From Alphaproteobacteria bacterium (GTDB lineage: Bacteria > Pseudomonadota > Alphaproteobacteria > JAAXGF01), in contig CAUVXB020000002.1 of NCBI GenBank assembly GCA_963555825.3, forward strand, positions 2,176,001 to 2,240,000: a stretch of DNA of 64,000 nt, given 5' to 3'. Shown piece after piece: positions 8,407-18,692 of the stretch. Both the position numbers and the translations under genes were made by a program. The notes beneath the pieces were generated by a model that worked only from the letters and a program-made list of their open reading frames with translations, was not told the origin of the DNA and did no database searches. Position 1 is the stretch's first letter. The number at the start of each line of letters is the position of its first letter.

Positions 8407-9275
8407 GCGCGCGGTGCCTGCGATTCGGCCTCGCCACCGTGCTCGGTCTCGCCAAGCGCGGCTTCTTCATCCCCTACCGTTATGCCGACACCCTGCCACC
8501 GCCCGGCGCGCGACCCTCCTATCGCGCCATGGAAGCGTTGTTCGATGCGCATCGGGCCGAATTCGTGGCGCTGATCGACGGCCTCGACGGTTACGCGGAC
8601 GCCTTCGCCGCGATCGGCCCCGATGACCCACCGGCGCCACGCTGGAACCAGGACTGGTTCCCGCGCCTCGACGCTGCCGTCGCCTATGCACTGGTGCGAC
8701 GAGGCGCGCCGGCGCGCATCGTCGAGGTCGGCTCGGGCCATTCGACGCGCTTCATGGCCCGCGCGGTCGCCGACGGCGGCCTGGCGACGCGCATCACGGC
8801 GATCGACCCGGCGCCGCGCGCCGCACTCGAAGGCCTCGACGTCGAAATCCACCGTCAGCCAGTGCACCAAGCCGGTGCCGCGCCGTTCGCCGCGCTCGCG
8901 GCCGGCGATGTATTGTTCATCGATTCGAGCCACATCCTGATGCCCGGCAGCGACGTCGACTGGCTGTTCAACCATCTGCTGCCGACGCTGCCGGCGGGGC
9001 TGCGCGTTCACATCCACGACGTCTTCCTGCCCGACGACTACCCGGCCGGCTGGGATTGGCGCGGCTACAACGAACAGCTCGGCGTCGCCGCCATGCTGCT
9101 GGCAGGCGGCTACCGGCCGCTGTTCGCAAGCCATTACGCGACGACCCGCCTGGCCGCGGCGTTGGCCGAAAGCGCCGTCGCGCGGCTGCCGCTCGGCGCC
9201 GGCGCGTACGAGACGAGCCTGTGGCTCGAAAAGACCTGCCCGGCGGTCGGCTCACGCGCAGTTGAGGGGAATTGA
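8403..9275 (+). CDS. Class I SAM-dependent methyltransferase (Methyltransf_24-like)
   Basis: GTG start overlapping the previous stop; IVEVGSGHST, FIDSSH, HIHDVFLP, YNEQ. Confidence 0.82.
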   Translation: MSARCLRFGLATVLGLAKRGFFIPYRYADTLPPPGARPSYRAMEALFDAHRAEFVALIDGLDGYADAFAAIGPDDPPAPRWNQDWFPRLDAAVAYALVRRGAPARIVEVGSGHSTRFMARAVADGGLATRITAIDPAPRAALEGLDVEIHRQPVHQAGAAPFAALAAGDVLFIDSSHILMPGSDVDWLFNHLLPTLPAGLRVHIHDVFLPDDYPAGWDWRGYNEQLGVAAMLLAGGYRPLFASHYATTRLAAALAESAVARLPLGAGAYETSLWLEKTCPAVGSRAVEGN

Positions 9276-9327
9276 TTGGAACCGTGGCCTATATAGGCAG
9301 CGAAACGACGATGAGAGGTCGACGCTC

Positions 9328-10674
9328 ATGCCCGGCTCGTTGAAAGAATGGCTGTTCGGCGCCGGCGGCGGGCGGATGCCGGAGCGCGTCGCGGCACGCA
9401 TCCGCGAGACCCAGGACGAGAGCGAGGTCCTGATCGGCTGGGTGCAGCTGGTCGGCGTCGTCTTTTTCGGCATCGTCTACACCATCGCGCCAAAGACCTT
9501 CGACGCCGACGCCATGTTCGCGCCGGTGCCCTGGGCGCTCGGCTTCTACCTCGGCTTCACGCTGATCCGCCTGTTCCTGGCGCTCCGCCGCCGGCTGCCG
9601 GACTGGATGATCGTCGCCTCGGTGGTCGTCGACATGAGCGTGCTGCTGATCACCATATGGAGCTTTCACCTGCAGTATGAGCAACCGCCCGGCTTCTCGC
9701 TCAAGGCGCCGACGCTGCTCTACGTCTTCATATTGATCGCGCTGCGCACGCTGCGTTTCGAGCCGCGCTACGTCGTGCTGGCCGGCGCCGCCGCGGTGAC
9801 CGGCTGGCTGACGCTGTTGTTCTACGCGTTGTTCTTCAGCGCCATGCCGAGCGAGGTGACGCGCGACTACGTGCATTACATCACCTCGCCGAGCATCCTG
9901 ATCGGCGGCGAGGTCGACAAGATCCTGTCGATGGTCGCGGTCACCGCGATCCTCGCCTTCGCGCTGGCGCGCGCGCGCCGGCTGTTGATCCAGTCGGCGA
10001 CCGAGCATCTGGCGGTCTCCGACCTGTCGCGCTTCTTCGCGCCCGAGATCGCCCGGCAGATCACCAGCGCCGAGCACGGCGTGCAGCCCGGCCAGGGCGA
10101 GGTCCGCGAGGCCGCGATCCTCAACCTCGACATCCGCGGCTTCACGCCGCTGGCGCACGGCATGCCGGCCGACGACGTGATGGCGTTGCTGGCCGAGTAT
10201 CAGGCGCGCATGGTGCCGGTCATCCAGCGCCACGGCGGCAGCATCGACAAGTTCATGGGCGATGGTATCATGGCGACCTTCGGCGCCGCGATGGAGACCG
10301 AAAGCTACGCCGCCGACGCGCTCGACGCCGTGCGCGGCCTGCTCGAGGCGTCCGATGCGTGGAACGTCGAGCGCGAGACGGCAGGCAAGTCACCGCTCCG
10401 CGTCGGCGTTGGCGTCGCCGTCGGCGCGGTGGTGTTCGGCGCGGTCGGCGACGCGACGCGGCTCGAGTACACGGTGATCGGCGATGCCGTCAACCTCGCC
10501 GCCAAGCTCGAGAAACACACCAAGGTCGAGGGCCGCCGCGCGTTGACCACGGCCGACGCGCTGGCCCGCGCGCTGGCCCAGGGCTACGCCGCCCCGGCCG
10601 GTCTCGAGACCCGCGCCGCGCGGACCGTCGAAGGCGTCGACACGCCTCTCGATTTGGTCGTGATGGACGGCTAA
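9328..10674 (+). CDS. Membrane-bound class III adenylate/guanylate cyclase
   Basis: About 6 TM segments followed by DIRGFT, DKFMGDGIMA, EYTVIGDAVNLAAKLE; start could also be 9262. Confidence 0.9.
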   Translation: MPGSLKEWLFGAGGGRMPERVAARIRETQDESEVLIGWVQLVGVVFFGIVYTIAPKTFDADAMFAPVPWALGFYLGFTLIRLFLALRRRLPDWMIVASVVVDMSVLLITIWSFHLQYEQPPGFSLKAPTLLYVFILIALRTLRFEPRYVVLAGAAAVTGWLTLLFYALFFSAMPSEVTRDYVHYITSPSILIGGEVDKILSMVAVTAILAFALARARRLLIQSATEHLAVSDLSRFFAPEIARQITSAEHGVQPGQGEVREAAILNLDIRGFTPLAHGMPADDVMALLAEYQARMVPVIQRHGGSIDKFMGDGIMATFGAAMETESYAADALDAVRGLLEASDAWNVERETAGKSPLRVGVGVAVGAVVFGAVGDATRLEYTVIGDAVNLAAKLEKHTKVEGRRALTTADALARALAQGYAAPAGLETRAARTVEGVDTPLDLVVMDG

Positions 10675-11609
10675 TCGAAGACGATCTTGGGGAAGTAGAG
10701 CGAGACCACCCAGTTGGGCTGGTCGACGATTTCGCTGATACGCAGATCGGCGCACACGCTGCACAGCATGTAGGCCTCGGCGGCGGCGAGGCCGTGCAGC
10801 GTGCCCAGCCGCTCGATCATGCCGCTCACCGCGTGCTTGGCGCCCTGCATCAGGTCGGGGCCGATGCCGGTGGTGACGTGGTAGCCCTTCTCGTCGAAGT
10901 GGCGTGACACCGGCCCCGCCGTGTCGTAGCGCGGAAAGGCGAGGTCGGCGCCCTTGACCAGGTCGAACGTCAGCGCGACCGTCATCGGGCTCTCTATCGC
11001 CGTGCCGCAGACCTCGCCATCGCCCTAGGCGGCGTGGGTGTCGCCGACCGAGAACAACGCGCCGGCGACCTCGATCGGCAGATAGAGCTCGGTGCCGGCC
11101 GAGAGGTCGCGGATGTCCATGTTGCCGCCGACCCGGCGCGGCGGCACGATCGAATGCAGCCCGGCCTCGCCCGGCGCGACGCCGATGGTGCCGCAGAAGG
11201 GTTTCAGCGGCACCTTGCCGCCGGGGCCGTAAAGCGCCGGCGCCAGGCCTTGGGCGTAGTACTTCCAGATATGGAGCGCCGGCTCGGGGAACTGATCGGC
11301 GAGCAGGCCGAAGCCCGGGATGACCGCGGTCCAGCCCCAGCCGGAGGGCTCGAAGGCGTCGATGGTGACCTTCAGCGCATCGCCCGGTTCGGCGCCGTCG
11401 ACGTAGACCGGCCCGGTGACCGGATTGATCGTGCCGAAATCCAGCGCGGCGACCTCGGCGACGCCCGACGAAGGGCTGAGCTGGCCGCCGGACGCGTCGA
11501 CGACCTCGAACGCGACACTGTCGCCGGGCGCCACGGTCAGCACGGGCTCATTCGCGTTGTCCCAGCCGTAATGGTGGTGTTCACCGTGGATCGTGTGCTT
11601 GCCCGCCAT
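10671..11609 (-). pseudogene. Acetamidase/formamidase family gene with in-frame amber stop
   Basis: Two ORFs in the same frame, joined as GDTHAA*GDGEVCGTAIE; TAG at 11025-11027 where Gln (CAG) is expected. Confidence 0.85.
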
Positions 11610-11681
11610 TTTTCCGACCTCCCTGACCCGTTGCAACGGCGATTATGTCCGAGTCTGCGCGGCGCCACAAAGGCGCACGTG

Positions 11682-12497
11682 TCAGCCTTCGCGGAACTTG
11701 GTGTCGCGCCAGGCCAGCGCGGCCTTCAGGCCCTCATCCTCGCGGATGCGTTTGAACTCGGCCTTCTCGGGCGTCATGGTCGATTCGATCAAGATATCGA
11801 TATCGAGCGCGGCCTCGAGCGCCTGGCGCATGCCCATGATCTCGTAGCCGCGGTGCACGGCGCGCTTGGTCATGCGCACCGAATGCGCCGCCGCGTTCGC
11901 CATGTCGCGGGCGATCGCCATGGCGGCGTCGAATTCCTCGCCGTCGGGCACCACCCGGTTGATCAGGCCGAACTCGTAGATCCGTTGCGCCGGGATCCGG
12001 TCGTTGCCGCTCAACAGCAGCTCCTTGGCCTGTTTCGGGCCGGTCGACCAGGGCAGCAGCATGGCGATGATGCCCGATGAGAAGCGCACCTCGGGTTCGC
12101 CGAACATGGTGCTCTCGGCCGCCACGGTGATGTCGCAGGCGAGCGCGAGTTCGAAGGCGCCGGCCAGGCAATGGCCGTGCACCGCGGCCAGCGTCGGCTT
12201 GGGGCAGTCCCAGAACTGCATGATGAAGTCGAAATCGGCGCGCAGGATGGCCTCCCAGTCGCCCGGCCCGTCGGGTTTGCGCTCGGTCGACGCCTTGAGG
12301 TCGAAGCCGGCCGAAAAGGCGCGCCCCGCGCCGCGCACGACGATCGCGAACACCGCCTCGTCGGCGCTGAGCGCCGCCATGGCGGCGTTGGTCTCCTCGA
12401 CGAGCTGCGGGTTGAAGGCGTTTAGCACCCTCTCGCGGTTGAACGTCAGGATGCCGATCTTGCCGTCGCGTTCGACGGTAATGCACTCGTAGCTCAT
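11682..12497 (-). CDS. Enoyl-CoA hydratase/isomerase
   Basis: AFSAGFDL, GHCLAGAFELALACD, FGEPE. Confidence 0.9.
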   Translation of the reverse strand: MSYECITVERDGKIGILTFNRERVLNAFNPQLVEETNAAMAALSADEAVFAIVVRGAGRAFSAGFDLKASTERKPDGPGDWEAILRADFDFIMQFWDCPKPTLAAVHGHCLAGAFELALACDITVAAESTMFGEPEVRFSSGIIAMLLPWSTGPKQAKELLLSGNDRIPAQRIYEFGLINRVVPDGEEFDAAMAIARDMANAAAHSVRMTKRAVHRGYEIMGMRQALEAALDIDILIESTMTPEKAEFKRIREDEGLKAALAWRDTKFREG

Positions 12498-14587
12498 GTC
12501 ACTTCCCTTTCGCTCCGTGGCACGACCAACGCGTCGACGGCGACGACGCCGCGTTGGTGCGCGATGATCGGATTGACGTCCAGCTCGGCGATGGCATCGC
12601 CCAAATCAGCCGCCAGCACCGAGAGCCGCGCCACCGCGTCCGATAGCGCGTCGAGATCGGCGGCCGGCCGGCCGCGCGCGCCGGCGAGCAGCGCGAAGCC
12701 CTTGAGCCGCTCCAAATATCCCATGGCGTCGGCCGCGCCGACCGGCGGCAGGAAGGTCACCGTGTCGGCGAACACTTCGACGAAGACGCCGCCCAGGCCG
12801 ACCGTCATGACCGGGCCGAACTGGACGTCCAAGACCATGCCGACGAGCAGCTCGGTGCCGGCGGGCGCCCGTTGCTGGATCATCACCGCCGGCCCGAGCG
12901 TCGCCGCCATGGCATCATAGGCGGTGGCGACCGCATCCGCGTCCTCGAGGCCGAGCACGACGCCACCCGCTTCCGTCTTGTGCCCGACCGCGGCATCGGC
13001 GGTCTTCATGACGACCGGATAACCGAGTCGTCCGGCGGCGTCGATGGCGCCGTCGCGGCTGTCCGCTTCGATGCACGCCGGCACGGCGACGCCGAAATCG
13101 GCGATCAATCGCAGCGCCTCGCCAGACCCGAGCGCCGGGCCGGCGAGCCGCTTGCGCCAGCGCGCGATCGTCGCGGCAGGCGGGCGCTCGGGCGGTGGCG
13201 CGGGCATGCGGCGGCGCCGCGCGTGCCAGGTGATCAGGTGGTCGATCGCCGCCAGGCCCGTTTCGGTGCCCATGAGCACCGGGATGCCGAGCGCGCGCAA
13301 GCGCGCGGCCTCGGCCGGGTCGACCGAGGAGTGCAGGTTGCTGAGCGCCAGGCAGGGCTTGTCGGTCGCCGCGTGGGTGTCCTCGATCGCCTGGGTCGAG
13401 GCGTAGAGGATGTCGCGGCCCGAGACCAGGTTGGTGGCCAGCGCGACGACGCCGACCGTCTCGTCTTCGGCCAGCGCCCGCGTCACTTTGGGCAGCACGC
13501 TCAAACCGCTCTCGCCCCAGTAATCGACCGGGTTTTCCGCATCGAGACCCGCATCGAGGGTCGCCCCGAGCTTTTCCTTGGTCGCTTCGGTCAGCGCTGC
13601 GAGCGTGAGCCCAATGTCATCTGCGAGATCGACGATGAGTTGGCGTTCGCCGCCCGAATCGGTCTGCACGCCGAGCGCGTCGGTCGTCGGCGTGCGGCCG
13701 CAGGCCATCAGCTCCAGCGTATCGTGCATCTCGTCGAGCGTGCGTACGCGCACGACGTTGTGGCGCTCGAACACCGCGTCGAAGGCGGCGTCCGAGCCGG
13801 CCAGAGCGCCCGAGTGGGTGAAGGCGAAGGCGCGCGACTTCTCGGTGCGGCCGATCTTGAGCGCGACGATCGGAATGCCGCGTGCTTGCGCCGCGTCCGC
13901 GGCGGCGAGGAAGTGTTCGGGCGCACGCATGGTTTCCATGACGCAGCCGATGACCCGGGTTTCCGGCTGTGCCACCAGGAAGTCCAGGTAATCGGCCATC
14001 GTCGCGCCGATCTCCATGCCGGTCGAGACGCCATAGTTCATGGCCAGTTGACGGTGGCTGCCGCCGAGGCCCGACCAGGTCGAGCCCGAATGCGACAACA
14101 GCGCGACGCCGCCGACAAGCGGCGTCCCGGGCAGTGCGGTCAGGCACATATGAACGTCGTCGATCAGGTTGAACAGCCCCATGCAGTTGCCGCCGCAGAC
14201 CGCCATGCCGGCCTCGCGCGCGATCGCCGCGAGCCGCTCGGCAAGCGGCGGGTCGGCCGGCTCGGCCTCGTAGCAGCGGCCGAAGATCATCGCCGCCGGC
14301 ACGCCCGCCGCGGCGGCCTCGGCGAGCGCCTGCTCGACGCGACCGTCGTTGACCGTGAGCACCACACAGTCGGGCGGCGCGGGCAGCTCGGCGACCGAGG
14401 GGTAGCACGGCAATTCGCCGATCGCGTCGTAGCGCGGGTTGACGCCCCACACCGCGCCGCCGTAGCGCGGCCCGGCGACGATACCGAGCACGTGGTTGCC
14501 GGCCGCGCCGGCTCGCCGCGTCGCACCGATCACGGCCACCGAGCGGGGCCGCATCAGGGCAACCATCGCTTCGGGGGGCGTGGCCAT
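12494..14587 (-). CDS. Acetate--CoA ligase (ADP-forming) family, fused alpha/beta subunits
   Basis: PRSVAVIGA, GGNCMG, SHSG, THSGALAG, HKTEAGGV, ELDVNP; true start MATPPEA lies inside the longer ORF. Confidence 0.88.
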   Translation of the reverse strand: MATPPEAMVALMRPRSVAVIGATRRAGAAGNHVLGIVAGPRYGGAVWGVNPRYDAIGELPCYPSVAELPAPPDCVVLTVNDGRVEQALAEAAAAGVPAAMIFGRCYEAEPADPPLAERLAAIAREAGMAVCGGNCMGLFNLIDDVHMCLTALPGTPLVGGVALLSHSGSTWSGLGGSHRQLAMNYGVSTGMEIGATMADYLDFLVAQPETRVIGCVMETMRAPEHFLAAADAAQARGIPIVALKIGRTEKSRAFAFTHSGALAGSDAAFDAVFERHNVVRVRTLDEMHDTLELMACGRTPTTDALGVQTDSGGERQLIVDLADDIGLTLAALTEATKEKLGATLDAGLDAENPVDYWGESGLSVLPKVTRALAEDETVGVVALATNLVSGRDILYASTQAIEDTHAATDKPCLALSNLHSSVDPAEAARLRALGIPVLMGTETGLAAIDHLITWHARRRRMPAPPPERPPAATIARWRKRLAGPALGSGEALRLIADFGVAVPACIEADSRDGAIDAAGRLGYPVVMKTADAAVGHKTEAGGVVLGLEDADAVATAYDAMAATLGPAVMIQQRAPAGTELLVGMVLDVQFGPVMTVGLGGVFVEVFADTVTFLPPVGAADAMGYLERLKGFALLAGARGRPAADLDALSDAVARLSVLAADLGDAIAELDVNPIIAHQRGVVAVDALVVPRSEREVT

Positions 14588-14610
14588 GGCGCTATGCAGC
14601 GAACCGGCTA

Positions 14611-15570
14611 TCACGCCAGGGCGGCGCAGGCTTCGGCGAACTCGGCCGCCAGGCGGTCGACCAGCGCGGCGACCGGCGGCGCGTCGTGGATGCCGCCGAT
14701 GCCCTGGCCGGCGCTCCAGATGTCGCGCCACGCCTTTACCTCGGACCCGTCGTTCGAGCCGAAGTCCATCTTCGGCTTGTCGGGCGTCGGCAGGTCGTCG
14801 GGGTCGAGGCCGACAGCCTCGATCGACGCGCGAAGGTAGCTGCCCGGCACGCCCGAGAACGCCGCCGTGTAGACGATGTCCTTGGCCGCGCCTTCGATCA
14901 GCATGGTCTTGTAGGCCGCGCTCGCGTTGGCTTCTTGCGAAGCGATGAAGCGCGAGGCCATATAGGCGAGGTCGGCGCCCATGGCGCGTGCGCCGGCGAC
15001 CGACCAGCCGTCGGTGATTGCGCCGGAGAGGATGATCGTGCCGTCGAACCAGGCACGCACTTCGCGCAACAGCGCGAACGGGCTCAAGACACCGGCGTGG
15101 CCGCCGGCCCCGGCGCAGACCAGGATCAACCCGTCGACGTCCTGCTCGGCGGCCTTCTGGGCGTGGCGCAGGTTGACGACGTCGTGGAACACGACGCCGC
15201 CATAGCCGTGCACCGCCTCGACCACCTCGGCGGGCGGGCGCAGGCTGGTGATGATGATCGGCACTTCGTGCTCGACACAGATCGCCATGTCGGCGGCCAG
15301 CCGATCGTTGGTCGTGTGGCAGATCTGGTTGACCGCGAAAGGCGCCGCCGGGCGTTCCGGATGCGCCGCGTCGTGGCCGGCGAGATCGTCCTTGATTTGC
15401 CGGATCCAATCGCCGAGCGCCGTCTGCGGCCGGGCGTTGAGCGCCGGGAAGCCGCCGACGATACCCGCCTTGCACTGCGCCGTGACCAACGCGACGTCCG
15501 AGACGATGAACATCGGCGCGCCGATGACCGGAATGCGGAGCCTGTCGCGCAGGACGTCGGGGAGCGGCAT
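14611..15570 (-). CDS. Nitronate monooxygenase family flavin oxidoreductase
   Basis: PVIGAPMFIVS, GAGGHAG, GADLAYMASRFIA, WSAGQG. Confidence 0.9.
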   Translation of the reverse strand: MPLPDVLRDRLRIPVIGAPMFIVSDVALVTAQCKAGIVGGFPALNARPQTALGDWIRQIKDDLAGHDAAHPERPAAPFAVNQICHTTNDRLAADMAICVEHEVPIIITSLRPPAEVVEAVHGYGGVVFHDVVNLRHAQKAAEQDVDGLILVCAGAGGHAGVLSPFALLREVRAWFDGTIILSGAITDGWSVAGARAMGADLAYMASRFIASQEANASAAYKTMLIEGAAKDIVYTAAFSGVPGSYLRASIEAVGLDPDDLPTPDKPKMDFGSNDGSEVKAWRDIWSAGQGIGGIHDAPPVAALVDRLAAEFAEACAALA

Positions 15571-15721
15571 GGCGGTTTCCTCTGATGTCTCGAAAGCCGC
15601 GCGATGGTAGGCGAGCTGGCGCGATTGTGCGAGCCCCGAGCGACATATACCGGGCGATTGCAATCAGACGGTGGCCGGCTAGTCTGTATCCCCGCCAACA
15701 GCATTGGGGACCGCGCGCGAA

Positions 15722-16507
15722 ATGGCCGAAGACACGGAACGACCGGTAGCGATCGTCAGCGGCAGTGCCTCGGGCATCGGCGCCGCCTGCGCGCGGCGCT
15801 TCGCGGCGGAAGGCTTCAACCTGGTGGTCAATTACACGCGCTCGGCCGAGGCCGCCGAGACGACCGCCCGGGCCTGTCGGGACGCCGGCGCCGAGGCCGT
15901 CGTGGTCCAGGGCGACGTCGCCGACGACGCGGCCTGCATCGCGATGGTCGCGGCGGCCGAACGGACGTGGGGCCGGCTCGACGTTCTGGTCAACAACGCC
16001 GGGGTGACCCGTTTCGGCAATCCGGCGGACCTGGCGACGCTCGATGCCGACGACTTCGCGCGCGTCTTCGCGGTCAACGTGACCGGCGCCTATCAGCTGT
16101 CGCGCGCTGCGGCGCCGCTGCTCGGCGCTCGCGCCTCAGGCGCCATCGTCAACATCTCGTCGCATTCGGGGTTCTCGGGCATCGGCTCGTCGATCGCCTA
16201 CGCGGCATCCAAGGGCGCGCTCAACACGCTGACGCTGTCGCTGGCGCGCGCCTTGGCGCCTGATGTGCGTGTCAACGCCGTCTGTCCCGGCTTCGTCGAC
16301 ACCCAGTGGCTGGCGGGCAGGTTCGACGACGACGCGCTGGCCGCCTTGAAGCGCCGCACCGCCGAGATCGCGCCGCTGCGCCGGCTGGTCTCGCCCGACG
16401 AGGTCGCCGAGGCGGTCTCGTGGTTCGCGCTCGGCGGCCGTTCGATCACCGGTCAGCTGCTGGTCATCGACGGCGGCACCCACCTCACCGTCGCCGACCC
16501 GTTGTAG
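15722..16507 (+). CDS. SDR family oxidoreductase
   Basis: SGSASGIG, VNNAG, YAASK. Confidence 0.92.
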   Translation: MAEDTERPVAIVSGSASGIGAACARRFAAEGFNLVVNYTRSAEAAETTARACRDAGAEAVVVQGDVADDAACIAMVAAAERTWGRLDVLVNNAGVTRFGNPADLATLDADDFARVFAVNVTGAYQLSRAAAPLLGARASGAIVNISSHSGFSGIGSSIAYAASKGALNTLTLSLARALAPDVRVNAVCPGFVDTQWLAGRFDDDALAALKRRTAEIAPLRRLVSPDEVAEAVSWFALGGRSITGQLLVIDGGTHLTVADPL

Positions 16508-16526
16508 GAACGGTCAAAATATTAAT

Positions 16527-16600
16527 GGGGTCAGACATCATTTAGAGGAGTTAACGTATTGATTCAACGTCGTAAAATAAAAGAAAAGGTGTCTGACTCC
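16527..16600. repeat. Inverted doublet of GGGGTCAGACACC-family motifs around an IHF consensus site
   Basis: GGGGTCAGACATC ... GGTGTCTGACTCC; TAACGTATTGATT (16552-16564) is the reverse complement of WATCAANNNNTTR. Confidence 0.7.
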
Positions 16601-16641
16601 ATTTGGAGGAGGTCGCGTGTGGTGTGCGAATGCCGACCGTG

Positions 16642-17661
16642 TTAGCCGAACTTGGTCAGGTAACGGTCGGCCAGCCCGACCGATTGGTCGGTCGCCTCGT
16701 CGCCCAGCGCCTTGGCCAGATCGGTCTCCGAATGGGATGCGGACCAGGCCAGGATCTGCATGCGCCGGAGCATCAGGAAGCTCGGGACTTCGTCTTCCTC
16801 GGCTTGCGACATGGGCCGCTCACGCCGGTAGCCTTCGAGCCAGGCGGCGACCAGTTCGGGCACGTCTGCGCGGTGTTCGATGAAGCTGAGCGCGGTGCCG
16901 AGGTCGTGCAGGTACCAGCTGAACCCCGAATCGTCGAAGTCGATGACCCGCGTGTCGCCGTCGTGGATCAACAGGTTGGCAACGCGCATGTCGGCGTGCA
17001 CCAGGCCGTAGCGGTCGCGGCCCATGCCGAAGGCCTTGAGGCGGCGCTCGAGGGTCGCGGCGACGCGGCCGAACAGCGCGATGCGTTCGGCGTTCAGGTT
17101 CGGGCCGTCGAACCAGTGGCCCCAATGCGGCGTCACGCCCAGGATGGTCTGGCAGTTCCAGCTGAAGCGCTCGAAGCCGGGCGGCGGCGTCCAGCGCTCG
17201 ACGTGGCGGTGCATGCGCGCGGTGACCGCGCCCAGGTTGGGCATCGACGGCAGCAGGTTGTCGGGATCGGGCTCCTCGCCCGCCAGATGCTCGAAGAAAA
17301 CGCAGACCCGCCCGTCGGGCAGCTCCTCGGTCGCGACGCGGTGGAGGCCCGCGCCGTCGGGATACGCGATGACGTCGGGCGTGTGGACGCGTGCGTCGGT
17401 CTTGAGCGCGGCCATCCAGGCGTGCTCCGAGGCGATCGCCGCGGGCGTGTGGTAGCGGGTGCGGTGGATGCGCAGGATGCGCGTCGCGCCACTCGCCCTG
17501 TCGGTCACCAGATAGGTCGTGTTCTCCGACTGGTTGAGCAGCGTGAGCGAGACCGCGCGGCCGGGCGCGATGATCACCGCCGCCTTGCTCGCGACGCCTT
17601 TGAGGCGGCGCAGCAGTTCGACCTGGCCGAGGCCGCTGGTCGGGTCGACCGTGTTGGTCAT
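16642..17661 (-). CDS. Aminoglycoside phosphotransferase / type II homoserine kinase-like protein
   Basis: SENTTY, ILRIHR, HADMRVANLL, VIDFDD. Confidence 0.85.
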   Translation of the reverse strand: MTNTVDPTSGLGQVELLRRLKGVASKAAVIIAPGRAVSLTLLNQSENTTYLVTDRASGATRILRIHRTRYHTPAAIASEHAWMAALKTDARVHTPDVIAYPDGAGLHRVATEELPDGRVCVFFEHLAGEEPDPDNLLPSMPNLGAVTARMHRHVERWTPPPGFERFSWNCQTILGVTPHWGHWFDGPNLNAERIALFGRVAATLERRLKAFGMGRDRYGLVHADMRVANLLIHDGDTRVIDFDDSGFSWYLHDLGTALSFIEHRADVPELVAAWLEGYRRERPMSQAEEDEVPSFLMLRRMQILAWSASHSETDLAKALGDEATDQSVGLADRYLTKFG

Positions 17662-17662
17662 G

Positions 17663-18583
17663 TCATCTTTGCGCCGGCGGCAGCGGTTTCAGGCCTTCGA
17701 GCAGCGTCAACAGGTTGTCGTCGCGCCAGGCGTGGATCTCGTCCATCGTCAGGTGGCCGGTCGTCGCGTCGACCTCGTCGATCGCCACCCGGTCGAACCC
17801 GTCCGGCCCGCGCCAGCCCCAATGCTCGATGGCGCCGCGGATGCCGCCGAGACCGCCCGCCATGTTCCAGCAGGCGAGCGGTCCGGCGAAGGCCCAGCGC
17901 AGGCCAGGGCCGTAGACCAACGCGTCGTCGGCGTCGCGGTAATCGCAGATGCCGGCCTCGACGAGCTCGTGGTTTTCCCGCAACACGACCATTTGCAGCC
18001 GGTTGGAGATATAGGATTCGATCTCCTTCTTGAGCCGCACCGCGCGCTTGCCGATGGCGGTGTAAAACGCCATCGACCAGTCGAGCACGGCGTCGTCGGT
18101 GCGCTCGCCGCCGACCACCTCGACCAGCGGCAGCAGATAGGACGGCGCGAAGGGGTGGCCGACGATGCAGCGTTCCGGGTGTTGGCACTTGCTGGCGATC
18201 CGCGAGGGCAGGAAATGCGACGACGAGGAGGCGATGACGACGTCGTTGGGCGCCGCGGCGTCGATCCGCGCGAACAGCTCGATCTTGAGGTCCTCGTGGT
18301 CGAGCGCGCTTTCCTGGATGAAATCGGCGTCGGCGACCGCGTCGGCGAGGTCGGCGGTGAAGCGCAGCCGATCGCGCCGCGCCCCCGGCGCCTGGCCGAT
18401 CGTCTCGAGGCTCGGCCAGGCGACGTCGACGATATGCGCCAGCCGGGCCTCGGCGTCGGTGCCCGGATCGGTCGCGACGACGTCGAGGCCGTGGGCGAGA
18501 AAATAGGCGGCCCAGCCGCCGCCGATCGCGCCGGCGCCGACGCAGGCGATGCGTTTCACGTGGTCGGGGTCGGGTCGTGCCAT
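17663..18583 (-). CDS. 3-hydroxyacyl-CoA dehydrogenase family (carnitine dehydrogenase-like)
   Basis: VGAGAIGGGW, FIQESA, ASSSS, GHPFAP, PLVEVVG, GPGLRWA. Confidence 0.87.
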   Translation of the reverse strand: MARPDPDHVKRIACVGAGAIGGGWAAYFLAHGLDVVATDPGTDAEARLAHIVDVAWPSLETIGQAPGARRDRLRFTADLADAVADADFIQESALDHEDLKIELFARIDAAAPNDVVIASSSSHFLPSRIASKCQHPERCIVGHPFAPSYLLPLVEVVGGERTDDAVLDWSMAFYTAIGKRAVRLKKEIESYISNRLQMVVLRENHELVEAGICDYRDADDALVYGPGLRWAFAGPLACWNMAGGLGGIRGAIEHWGWRGPDGFDRVAIDEVDATTGHLTMDEIHAWRDDNLLTLLEGLKPLPPAQR

Positions 18584-18692
18584 GGCTGTCTCTCCCGCGG
18601 TTACCGGCCGACGCTATCTCAATCACCCTTTCGCGGCATCATCGAATCGTGGCAAACCAGGCGAACGGGATAAATATTTCGGAGCACGCGCG

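Noticed and set aside
11025-11027. Pyrrolysine or stop-codon recoding
   Set aside because: The position is a conserved Gln one transition away from TAG, TAG is used as a normal stop nearby, and no pyl genes are in the window.
12494-15646. 1050-aa ORF suggesting a giant fusion
   Set aside because: The N-terminal ~350 aa is an Arg/Gly-rich shadow frame over the nitronate monooxygenase; the real ligase starts at 14587.
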